From Octopus sinensis (taxonomy: Eukaryota), in NCBI RefSeq assembly GCF_006345805.1, contig NC_043003.1:104532001-104596000 (forward strand): a stretch of 64,000 nt of DNA. The letters are read 5' to 3'. The notes below the pieces were generated by a model that had not been told where the DNA came from, did not search any database, and saw nothing but the letters and a program-made list of their open reading frames with translations. Numbering within the stretch: the first letter of the stretch is position 1; each line of letters starts with the position of its first letter. Both the position numbers and the translations under genes were made by a program. Shown here in pieces: positions 25,135 to 37,100 of this stretch.

Positions 25135-28100
25135 GCCCAATCACCAATTTGTACAGGTGGAAATGCAGGTCTTCATGCAAAATATGCCTTACCAATGCTA
25201 AGTTCAGTGGAATGCCTCTGAGCAGAGCAATTTGGAATCCATATCAAAGCTTGCTTGATGCGTTCCACATTTTCTGGGGTCTGTACCATTTGTGGTGCAC
25301 CCACCAGTCTACTATTCATTAGTGTATCTTGTGTATGAAGTGCATTCACTGAATGTGAGATTGTGTTATGGGTGGGAACTGCCTGACTTTGGTGAATGTT
25401 GAAGTGGCACTGAAACTCATGCTGAACTGCTGTGACAGACTTGTTATTCTTTACATAACTGTCGTAGGCAAACATGCAATGCTCTATTGTCCACAACACC
25501 ATTGCTTCACCTGAAAAAGAAAATGCTAAGAAACTACGGACTGAATGGTACCTGTTGGACATATGTCCCTCTCCCTGGGGCTGAGTAATAGCCATTTCAA
25601 AAACGTCCACCCTCTCTGTACAAAGAGAGATAAATAGGGAGATTAATAGATTAAGTATAGAACACAAAGATAGATCAAACATTGTTTTTACATTGCCCAT
25701 TCTTTACAGGAAATGGAAAGTGAGAAACTTCTAAAAATATTAAATAAAATGTAAAAAACACAAAATCATAATTTTGTTAAATAAATATGAACCCAAAATT
25801 GAAAGAATGATCAAGAATAAAAAAATCTTGATGCTTGGCATAGTAAAGACCAAAATACTAATTAGTAACTATACTTTTAGAGTACATATACATATATATG
25901 ATGGGCTTCTTTCAGTTTCTGTCTACCAAATTTACTCACAAGGTTATGGAGATCTTTTCGGTTTGAACGGCAGTTTTTTCTAGCGGTGTCATATAAAATT
26001 GTCACCCATAATTATGACCCTAGTATTGATCTATTGCATTTCAATCTGTTTTAGGGTTAGGGTTAGGGGTGGGGGGAAGGGTATCTTTTTTTCTTCACAA
26101 ATGTAAATAAACCCAATCTGTTTCTTAAACAAGGGACATATTCATAGGGCACAGAATGTTTTTCACCTCAATAGATGTCAGTGATTGGTTGATATTTTAG
26201 AAATTGAAGAAAAAAAACAACAAATATCTTACAAACTATAGAATTTTCTCAATAAAGCCAAGAGAAAAAGATGTTTTATAAACACATTCTACCAGTATAC
26301 AAAGTTTAAAATTTTTTAGTTACCTAGAAATTATGTTAAAAACTGCCATTCAAACCGAAAAGATCCGGTTTTGGTTCACTCCAGGCTACAGTAGAAGACA
26401 TTTGCCTGAACCCAAAATCATATGGCTGGGTTGCAAGCTTCCTACCACACAGCCACACCTGTGCCTAGCCATACCTGTACTCCCAACACACAATGACTAC
26501 TTTAAAGCTAGTTTCACTGTTAAAGCAAGGTTTTGTTAAGAATTCTCCCATTATATACAACTGTATTTTAGTTATCATCATAAACATGGAAAATAGTAAT
26601 TACATGCCAACTTTTGGAAGTAGTGCAGCATTTTAAGTAATAATTTGGTGGAATTGGAAATGACTTTGAAGAACTGGTAATATTCTGATGTCTGCAAGGA
26701 CTCTGTGTCAGTAGTCTTGTGAAAGAACTTCAAGAAACATGTTGTGGATAATTGGATTGTAGTTTTTATGATGTCTTTCTGAAAGAAAGATCACACGTAA
26801 ATTACATACATAACAGTACATATCACATTATTTACATTATATATATACACACACACACAGATATATACATATATATATAAATACACACACACACACACAC
26901 ACACATATATAAAGAGAGAGAGAGAATATATATTCCTGTATGTCTATGTGTATACAAAACTGTATAAAATGGATGTTATCCCTTATCTAGTGGTCAGATA
27001 TCTAGGGATAGACAAGTGGTTGGTGAGAGCAGAGCTGGGTGTATAAGTCATGTACAGGGATACAATCAGTAAGGTGAGGGTTGGCAATGAGTATAACGAA
27101 GAATTCCAGGTAGAAGTAGGGATTCATTAAGGATTAGTCCTCAGCCTCTTCTTGTTCATCATAGTCCTCCAGGCAATAACAGAGGAACTCAAGACAGGTT
27201 GCCCCTGGGAGCTCCTCTATGCTGACGACCTTGTTCTTATAGCTGAATCACTACCAGAACTAAGAGAAGTAGTTTCAGGTGTGAAAGAAAGATCTAGAAT
27301 CGAAGGCTAATACAAGTATAATTTTCATATTCGTAAACTCACGCCAGTAAGCTACCAGCAAAATATGAAGAATCTTTATTAGAAATCGTTTTTCGGAACC
27401 CTCCTATTTAAAGGACGAAATGTAACTCAATGTTTTCAGACACACACACACACACACATATATATGTGTATTTGTGAGTAGGTGGATGACTGGATTTAGT
27501 TAGGTAAGAAGACAGACAGCTAATAAACACGAGTATCATTTGCCACATCTTAGTTCATCAAAAATTAGGTAGTTATTACAAAAAATACAAAGAAATTACA
27601 TTATTCAAAACTATGACAATATATAAATGAACAATGAAACAAATTTAATTGAAACAAAGTTAATTGACAAATTCTTTTATTTGGATAGAAAAGTTAATGA
27701 TTTAAAGTAAGTTTATCTACCTGAAGTAATTTAGGGTCCACAAGTCTCTCCAGGCACTCAATGGTATTACACAGGCGTGCCTCACATTCTGGTGGGTTGA
27801 TGTCATTTAAAGATATTTGCTTGTTACAGCCAGTGGAGTTGGTGATATAATTAAAAAACTTCAATTTAGGTTGGTAGTATTTCTCCATCAATTCAGAAAA
27901 CAATGCATCATCGGGGTATGTAGATAGGAAACTGCTATTAAAAAACATTAATTCCATTGTGTAAGAGGTATAATATAACTCTGCATGCTTTGAATACAAC
28001 ACAATATAAAACAATATACCTTACACAGTCAAATGTTGCACTCGGAACACCTACATAACTCAAAACAATCAATACAGATTCGGGTTAGAAAAACACACAT

Positions 28101-31100
28101 AAACTGTTAATAAAGTTTTAACCATTAAAAACTGGGCAAACAAAACTCATACCAAACATACTAACCTTTTCATTAGTTTCTCTACAAAGCTCCTCACTCT
28201 GTCATCCTCTTCTTTGCTATCAATTTGATGAAATATTACCAGAACTTTCTCTATCTTCTCATTTTTAGAAACTCTTGATTAAAAATGAGACGCATAAAAG
28301 GAAACATTAGCAAATTGGCAACCAATAGGCTGTAGTGTGGAAGAAGAGTAGCTGGCATGACATTATAGGGGGCAACCAATGTAGAATTGTGGGATAACAG
28401 GAGAGGCTACAAGTTACAGACATTATATGGGTAATGCAGAATTGCAGGATAACAGGAGAGGACATAAGTTATAGATATCAAAATTGCTGTCTTCTGTGTA
28501 AATGCTAAAATTAACAGACACATAAAACCCATGTTAACAGGAAAACAAACAAAACACAAAAGAATGTGAGCCAACAGCTGGTAAGATCACAGCTGAAACA
28601 TCTCTGATTATAGATGTTTCATTAGTGATGACCTGTGAACTAAACCAGTGCTCGACGAACTTATTAATATCAGGCTTCATTAAAAAGATATTAGTAAAAT
28701 CCTCCCAGCTTTATTTATGAGAACTCAAAATAAGAGTCTATCGCATTGTTATCATCATTATATGATAAGTTTTCCTTTGAACAAGTTTAAAATAATTTAA
28801 TTTTATTAAGCATAGCAATTCGTCCAATCCTCATAACCCAACTCTCAGTAGTGGGGGGGGGTCTGGCCCCACCCAATGAGAAACACTGGGCTACAGATTT
28901 GAACCAGCCAGAAAACCTCCTATACAGTCAACTTATTACAAATAACATTCAAATCTCTCTCTAATCTTATAAACAAAAGAAATAATGTAATCAAATATAT
29001 GCTATGTTTAAGGAAAAGAAAAAAACAGACATGGTGGTCACTGTTGAATGCCTATCACCAGGGGTCTGCTGGATTAGCTATGACTTAGGGAGTATATAAA
29101 ATAAAAACCCAACAAAACTTACTGATGATTAAGCAAAAGACAGAGGTATAAGTCTATTGCAACATCCCATGATTGCGATGTAGTTATCAGCTGATGAAGT
29201 TCTGAAAAGCTATCTTTATGGTTCACTGTCCAATTCCAAATATATTTGCAAGTACCTCCAGCATCCTTAAGGATATCAAATAAGAGTTCTTTGGAATGCT
29301 TGGATTTAGGATTGGAGCAATTGGGTGTGTTGTGGCAGATGACATCCCAGAAAGTGTCTAAGAGGTTATCTCGCATCTGAAGCACCTCGGGTGAAACATC
29401 ATTGATTTGGAAACTTTGAATCAGGAGCTGACTGAGGAATTTGCTGGCTTCTTTGGTGAGGAAGATGCTTGATTCTTTATAAATCACATCTAAAGCTTTG
29501 TTTGGAACACCTGAAAAAATATAAAAAATTAAAAATGGCTAAGATACTGAGAAGAAGCAAGTATTGATCTACCGGCTCGTTAGTTGAAAGTTGGAAACTA
29601 ATGAAAATATTTTATTGTCTCTTTTTTTATATTTTATTAATATTTAACATTTAGTATATTTCTTTACTACCCACAAGGGGCTAAACACAGAGGGGACAAA
29701 CAAGGACAGATAAAGGGATTAAGTCGATTACATCGACCCCAGTGTGTAACTGGTACTTAATTTATCGACCCCGAAAGGATGAAAGGCAAAGTTGACTTCG
29801 GCAGAATTTGAACCCAGAACGTAATGGCAGACAAAATACGGCTACGCATTTCGCCCGGTGTGCTAACGATTCTGCCAGCTCACCACCTAATTTAACATTT
29901 AGTATGGCACAACACTGCCTCCACTGGTTAGGACACATCATACATATGCCTAAAACGTGCCTCCCCCATCAACTCCTCTTTGTGGAGGTGGCTTCAGGCA
30001 CTGAACCATGCAGAGCCTCCAAATTCCATTTCTGAGACCAATTCAAGGACACTCTCCTCCACAGCTCCATTGACCCAAATATCTGGGAAACAATTACCAA
30101 GAACCGCCAACACTGTTGGCATGCCATCGTTAAGGGAATGGACCAGATGGAAAATAACAGACATCAAGCCGTAGAGATCAGAAGTCAAAGACACAGAGAG
30201 CGGCTCACACTTTCTCATCCCTGGATTGCTAAAAAGTGTATCAGTGAGTATCGACATACAGTGTGTACGGATGGATAATGGTATGCTTGCACTTAGTGAT
30301 GTGGACAAGAAAGAGGCATGGTAAAGTTACTCTGCAAGACTGTTGAATATAGAGAATGAATGGGATAAAGGGATTCTCCCTCATGTGAACCCAACAGAGA
30401 GGCCAGCTATCCTAGTGAACAGCAGTATGGTAGATGAGGCAATTAAAGACATGGAAACTGGGAAAGCCCCAGGTCCATCCGGAATCATGGCTGAGATGCT
30501 CAAAGTATACAGTAAGGTGGGATACTGGCTATTTACCTGCACAGTTAATCAGGTCATTCAGAAAGATGTAATACCAGTGACTGGTGTAGCAGCATTATTG
30601 TTAGCTGTTACAAGGATAACGATGATGCTTTAGACAGAAGCAATTATAAAGGCATCAAGGACCAGATGATGAAAATTACAGAGAGAATTATAGACCAATT
30701 AATTAGGCTAAATGAAATGCAGTTCAGTTTCATCGAGGAAGAAGCACTACTGATGCAAGAGAAGTATTTAGCTAAGAATAAACCATCATATTTGGCATTT
30801 ATTAATCTAGAGAAAGCCTTTGATAGAGTAACCTGATATAGTGGGCTCTGAGGAGGCAAGGAGTAGACGTGTGGCTTGTGGAAGCAACACAAGCCATTTA
30901 CAGAGACACTCTCAGTAAGGTGAGAGTTAACCATGAGTACAGTGAAGAATTTGGTGTACAGGTAGGTGTTCATCAAGGCTCAGTCCTCAGTTCCTTCTTT
31001 TCCATCATTGTCCTCCAGGCCATACACACTGTAAGCTATGGATACACAAGAGATGCTGTGGATTAATAGAAAGGTTATCAGAGAAAGTAGTGTTTGTATG

Positions 31101-34100
31101 TGGAAGATGTACAGGCTCCATAAAAACTAGAGACTTGGGAGATTGATTCTCTCAAATGCCCTGGTGGCTCATTAGAGGTAATAGATAATTTCTGCTACTT
31201 AGGGGATCAAATTAGTCGTAGAAGGAGGATGCACGGAGAGTGTGATAGCTAAAATAAGAATAGGATGAAGGAAAGCCAAAGAGTTGTTCCCTTTGTTGGC
31301 TATGAAAAGTTTCTCTCTCCAAGTGACAGGCAGGTTGTATGATGCATGGATATGAACAGTAATTCTACTTGGTAGTGAGACACAAGTCCTGAATGCAGAA
31401 GACATGCAAAGGTTAGAAAGGAATGAGGCTAGCATGCTCTGCTGGACGTGTAGTGTAAGTGTATAAGTTTGACAGAGTGCTAGTGTTTTGAGGGAGAAGT
31501 TAGGCATAAGAGGAATTAGGTGCAGTGTGCAAGAGAGAAGACTGTGCTGGTTTGATCATATGATGCAGATGGATGCCAACAGCTCCATAAAGAAGTGCTG
31601 ATCCCTCAAAGTAGATGGAACATGTTGAAGTGGGAGATCCAGGAACAGATGGGATGAAGTATTGAAGGACGACCTCGGGATAACGAACCTTTCAGGTGAG
31701 ATGACAAAGGACAAGATGCCTGGCACCTTGCTGTACTCAAGAAGACCTGTACTCCACAGCAGAAGTGTTAAGTGTGGTCCCCTTGGTAAAGAGAACTGGC
31801 CTGCAAGAGTCCTGCGTTGGTTCCATGTAAAAAGCACTCTTGTCAGTGCCTGTAAAAGCACGCAGCACACATGGTAAAGTGGTTGGTGTTAGGAAGAGCA
31901 TTCAGCCATAGAAACTATGCCAAACCACACAGGAGCCTGGTGCAGCTCTCCAGCTCTGGTTAAACTGTCCAACCCATGCCAGCATAGACAACAGACATTA
32001 TGAAGATGATGTATAAAAATAATGTTCGGATTATAACTATTGGAGCTGCCAATCAAACAATCTCATCATCATCATTGTTTGACCGTGGGCGAGACAATGG
32101 AATTTACTATGTTACGCCAGACTTCATGGTCCATCATAGCATTACGGAGGTCCTGTTGCTGGATGCCTGTATCCCTGGAGATTACATCAGGGTAGGAGAG
32201 TGTGCCCTCTGGTATCGTGAGCAGATGGCTTCCAGAGGAGAAGAGTAGAAATTACCAGCTGTAGAAACACTGCCAAATCAGACTGGAGCCTGGTGCAGCC
32301 TCCTGGTTTCCCAGACCTCGGTCGAACCGTCCAACCAATGCTAGCATGGAAAACGGACGTTAAATGATAATGATGATGATGATGATATTTCATATTTCAG
32401 ATCTGATGATCAGAGACTTACTACATGTATGCAACTACAATCTGTATATAGTCAGGCTGATGGCAACTAAATAAGCAACCCTGTCCCCTTCTCACTAAGC
32501 CTGCTTAGTAATGAAGATGATTTTTAAGACTCTGTAAGATGTAAAAATCTGTGAAAGAACAGATGAACTCACATAAGTGAATGGCCGTCTAATTGTGCAT
32601 GGAAACACAAGAAGATATTTTTCCTGAACCCTTTGGTGTTTTGAGGTCTCTGGGGCTATGTTGCTCTTTTTTCTTTTCTTGTTATTAGTTTAATGACTTC
32701 AAACTTTTAGAAAACAGAACTTGTGCCACACAAACATATTTCTCTACAAAATTTGATTCATTGGTACTTTTTGTGCTTCATTTCTTTTCTCCCTTTCTTT
32801 CCCAAGTGCAGGTGAAAACTAGAACCTTTTGGAATCATAAGTGGTTGACCTTTTTGTTATGGTGGTTGAGGTATCACAAGTGTCTGCAGCAATTACATAT
32901 CACAGTTTCCATAGTTTCTCGCTCGTGAGGGAACGCAGAAGATGCAGCATAGGCGGAAGCAGTCCTGACTCTCTAGCTGCCTGTGTAATCGTGTCCCTCA
33001 TCGAGGTGGTGTTGGTGTCTGAGAGGTGGAACATGCATTGATTTATAGCTTTGTCCTTATGAGAGTTTGCAATCATACTCAGTTGTGAACTGACATCTCC
33101 CATAACCCACTTCTTGTCTCTCATTCTCCCTCATACTCTTGCAAGCTCTACCCACTTCCACTTCTGGTGCTTCTGCCCTCATCCACTTCTACTCACCTCA
33201 TACCTTTAAGGTCCACACAGACACATCATCACCATTTTATCTCTTCCCTGTTTCACCCTGATCACCACCACCCTCTCTTTAAAATTGTGGGCAGCCAAAT
33301 AGCCCCAGCACAGCAAGAAACCTATTCTACTCTGGACACTTCTTTCAAACTTTAACTCCACATCAAGCAAAAAGCTTCTCTTAGGTTTGTAGTCTTGTAA
33401 GCTACATAGTGATGTTCACTAAAACTGGTGACACAAAAGTACAAATGTTGAAAAGTGGCTGGCATCAGGAAAGGCATCCAGGTATAGAACACATGCCAAA
33501 GTAGACAGCTGAGCACAATGCAGTCCTTGAACCCATCGGATCCTATAAAACCATTCAACTCATACCAGCATGGAACATGAACAGTAAATGATGATGATGT
33601 GAGTAATGTGTTGTTTGTGAGTGTTTATGTCAGAACAGAAATACTATTTCCAGCCTCTTGTCTAGAATGAGTAAAGGAAAAGGTAAAATAATCTCTTACC
33701 TGGAAATGTACGAGTTACAGAAGAAAAACCAGGAATGTGTTGGATTGTTTTGCGTAATGTTGTAAACAAAGCAGTCTTTAAGGAGACACATTTTGACCAA
33801 TATGTTGAATTAAAAACACTGCTGTAGAACTCAGTAAACACTTTCTCATAGTGATTGAATATAACTTCATTCTGAGCTAAACTGCCGGCTATTTGTGTGG
33901 CAAACAGGAGTGAGGCATTGCTTGTGTTCAGTTCAATAACTGAAGCTTTCAGGAAGTCATCAGCCCAGCATAACTTGACTGCTTCAATAGTGGTCACTGG
34001 AAAAATAAGAAAATAAACAAAAATATATAAAACATGTGTATATTCATCATCATCATTGTTTAACATCTGCTTTCCATGCTGGCATGGGTTGGATGGTTTG

Positions 34101-37100
34101 ACTAAACACTGGCAAGCCAGAAGGCTACACCAGGCTCCAATCTGATCTGGCAACGTTTCTACAGCTGGATGCTCTTCCTAACGCCAATCACTCCAAGAGT
34201 GTAGTGGGTGCTTTTTATGTGCCACCGGCACGGGAGCCAGTCAGGCAGCATTGGCATTGACCATGTTTGGATGGTGCTTTTTACGTTCCACTGGCATGGG
34301 AGCCAGTCAAGGAGCGGGGGGACACTGGCATTGATCACATTCGGATGGTGCTTTTTATGTTCCACCGGCACGGGGAACCAGTTAGGCTGCACAGGCATTG
34401 GCTCACACTTGAATGGTGCTTACTATGTGCCACCAGCATTGGTACCAGTCAGGTGGCTGTGGCATCGGCCACGACTACGATTTCACTTCACTCAACAGGA
34501 CTTGTTTACAAAAATTATGCGATGTCAAGACAGGGTGACACACACACACACATGATGATCTTTGAATTTCTGTTTACCAAATCTATTCATAAGGCTTCAA
34601 TCATCCTGGTGCTAATACCAAAGACACTTGCCCAAAGTACCACATGGTAGGACTGGTTGGGAAGCAAGCTTCTCAACCATGCAATCACACCTGCACATAT
34701 GTATGTTACTGATATCTGATTTAATAAACTTTGCAAAGAAGCGCTGTTTCTAACTCAAATTATGTTAAGTAATGAAGAAGTGAGCACTAGTAGAAGATTA
34801 TGTGACTGGTGCTTTACTGAATTGCTTTTCACATTCACCTGTCTTTCTGCTCCCTTTTTTCTGTTATAACTTGTTTCAGTCATTGGACTGTGGCCATGTT
34901 GGGGCCCTGCCTTCATGGGTTTAGTCAATCAAACTGACCTCAGTTCTTATTAAATCTGGTACTTATTCTATCAGGTGCTTAATTTCTTCAATATTGTTCA
35001 GGACATAAGGTGTCATCTGTCATTACGTTCTGAGTTCAAATTCCACTGAGGTCGACTTTGCCTTCATCCTTTCGGGGTCGATAAATTAAGTAGCAGTTGT
35101 GTACTGGGCTCAATCTAATTGACTGGACCCTCCCAAAAAAATTTTGGACCATGTTCCAAGAGTAGAAAAGAATATTGCTCAGGACACTGACCTCCTAGAA
35201 ACTGTCCAGAGACGTGCATCTACCATACTCTGAATGCCTTGTTTCCCTGGGCATAGATACATCAAAGCTCTGACATTTGGCAACTGATTTGGTAAACCCC
35301 CACAAAATTATTAAATATTCTGCCAACAACCACCTTGAGTACCTTTTTGAGCTCCATGTGTCTAACACATGTGGGCATACCTACAAAGTCAGAAAACAGC
35401 ACAGCTACCAAGACTTTTGGAAACATTTTTCACACTCAGTGTTGTCGAAGCACGGAATAAGCCAAGACATTGCATCCTTTAAAACCCCCATGCTTCCTGA
35501 AATTCGCCAACACTACACCTGATATCCTTCCCTCCATACACGTGCACACATGTATATCATGACTCATACACTGTTCACTTCCCTGACATTTGTACATAAT
35601 TCTATGTACTTTTTCTGGTTGAAATACACCGAAAAATGGCGACACAGCAGTAAAAAAATCGTAAAAAATAGGGATTTTCGTAGGAAAAAAAATGAACCTT
35701 TTTGATGTAAATAATTTTTGGTTCTAACATGGCCCAATTTGAATTTTATCTTCTACGGGATGAAGAGCAAGCCTTCTTCTGTCATAATATCAATTTTGGT
35801 CAACTTGCGCCGCAGGGTCTTGGAGGAAATAGTGTTAGTTGAAGGCTACCAAACCCGCCATACACACAGACAACTTCAGCTTTATATATATATATATATA
35901 TATTAATCAAAATAAAAACATGATACCAAGGATTCAGCGGTACATGTGTTTCGGGCCTTTGTTGGACGGATTTATAACAATGCATAATGTACGTACGTAT
36001 ATACATACACGCACATGCGTCGGTTCGTGTACCCAACTACATGCGCGTTTTTCCATATATATCTGTATGTTTACACGAGAGTACATATGTATGCTTGTAT
36101 GCGTGTGGTTGCATATGCGTGCGTATATGTACGCGTGTATATGTGTGTATGTATCCATGCGTGTACGTATGTACATGCTGACCACTTGACACGTTACGAG
36201 GAACTAGATAAGCGGTTTAACCAGACAACTCTGTCTGGCCCCTGTGTCGGTGGCACGTAAAAGCACCATCTGTTCATGTCCGTTGCCAGCATCGCCTGGC
36301 CCCGTGCCGGTGACACGTAAAAGCACCATCCTTTCGTGGCCGTTTGCCAGCTCTGTCTGGCACCTGTGCGGGTGGCACGTAAAAAGCACCCACTACACTC
36401 ACGGAGTGGTTGGTGTTAGGAAGGGCATCCAGCCGTAGAAACACTGCCAGATCTGACTGGGCCTGACGAAGCCTTCCAGCTTCACAGACCCCAGTTGAAC
36501 CGTCCAACCCATGCTAGCATGGAAAGCGGACGCTAAATGATGATGATGATGTACACGTACCTTTGATGAGTTGTAGTGCACCTGAGCTCTATACACAACA
36601 ATTTCATTATCATTATTATTATATTATAAATTAAATATATAATATTTAATAAATGACACAAGCTACTTGAAAGATAACTGATAGATTCCTCATTAGATGA
36701 GTTACAAAGATACTTATGACAACACATATTAATAATCTTCCAGAAATAAATTCAAAAGCTAATAAGTAAAAAGGAAACTGGTCACAAATCTAAACTTTAA
36801 AAAAAATATTTTAGGTTCAGGCATAACTATTTGGTTAAGAACTTCACTTTGTAACCTAGGGGTTTCAGGTTTAGTCCCACTAGATGCCACCTTGAACCTC
36901 TTTACTATACCTCCAGGTTGACCAATGCTGCATGAGAGAATTTGGTAATTGGAGACTGTGAGGAAGCCTGTTTGTGTGTGTATTCATGTTGTGTTTCTCC
37001 TTTCTCCCTACCACTTGACAAATGGTTTGGCAAAAAAGATAAAATAAGTACCATACTTAAGATTAATAATAAGGGTGATTTAAAGTAAAGGCTATTTGCC

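Larger units (their letters stand above)
23108..25618 (-). mobile_element. Tc1/mariner-superfamily fossil (~1.3 kb) split by an RTE insertion
   Basis: TA|CAGGGTGGGGCAGAGAGGACAGACGTTTTTGAA at 23108 and a partial inverse at 25596-25618; N-terminal helix-turn-helix segment in ORF 25173..25700; catalytic remnants QQDRATA and DLSMCDYFLCG at ~23400-23560. Confidence 0.8.
35178..36625 (+). mobile_element. CR1 fragment (35178-35611 and 36549-36625) split by Helitron-like, microsatellite and RTE inserts
   Basis: Colinear with 6084-6500; tail GATGAGTTGTAGTGCACCTGAGC resumes near 36566. Confidence 0.8.

Noticed and set aside
28646-28888. CAGTG...CACTG-bounded segment as a hAT MITE
   Set aside because: The flanking 8-mers differ (AACTAAAC vs GGCTACAG) and the TIR match is short, so support is insufficient.
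32900-33124. Minus-strand ORF within BRAT1 intron 2 as a possible exon
   Set aside because: No polypyrimidine acceptor, and exons 2 and 3 already join in phase and match the expected protein continuity. Probably a decayed retroelement.
35839-36260. Overlapping ORFs on both strands (similar ones at 47893-48277 and 48998-49382)
   Set aside because: CA/TA microsatellite-derived low-complexity translations.
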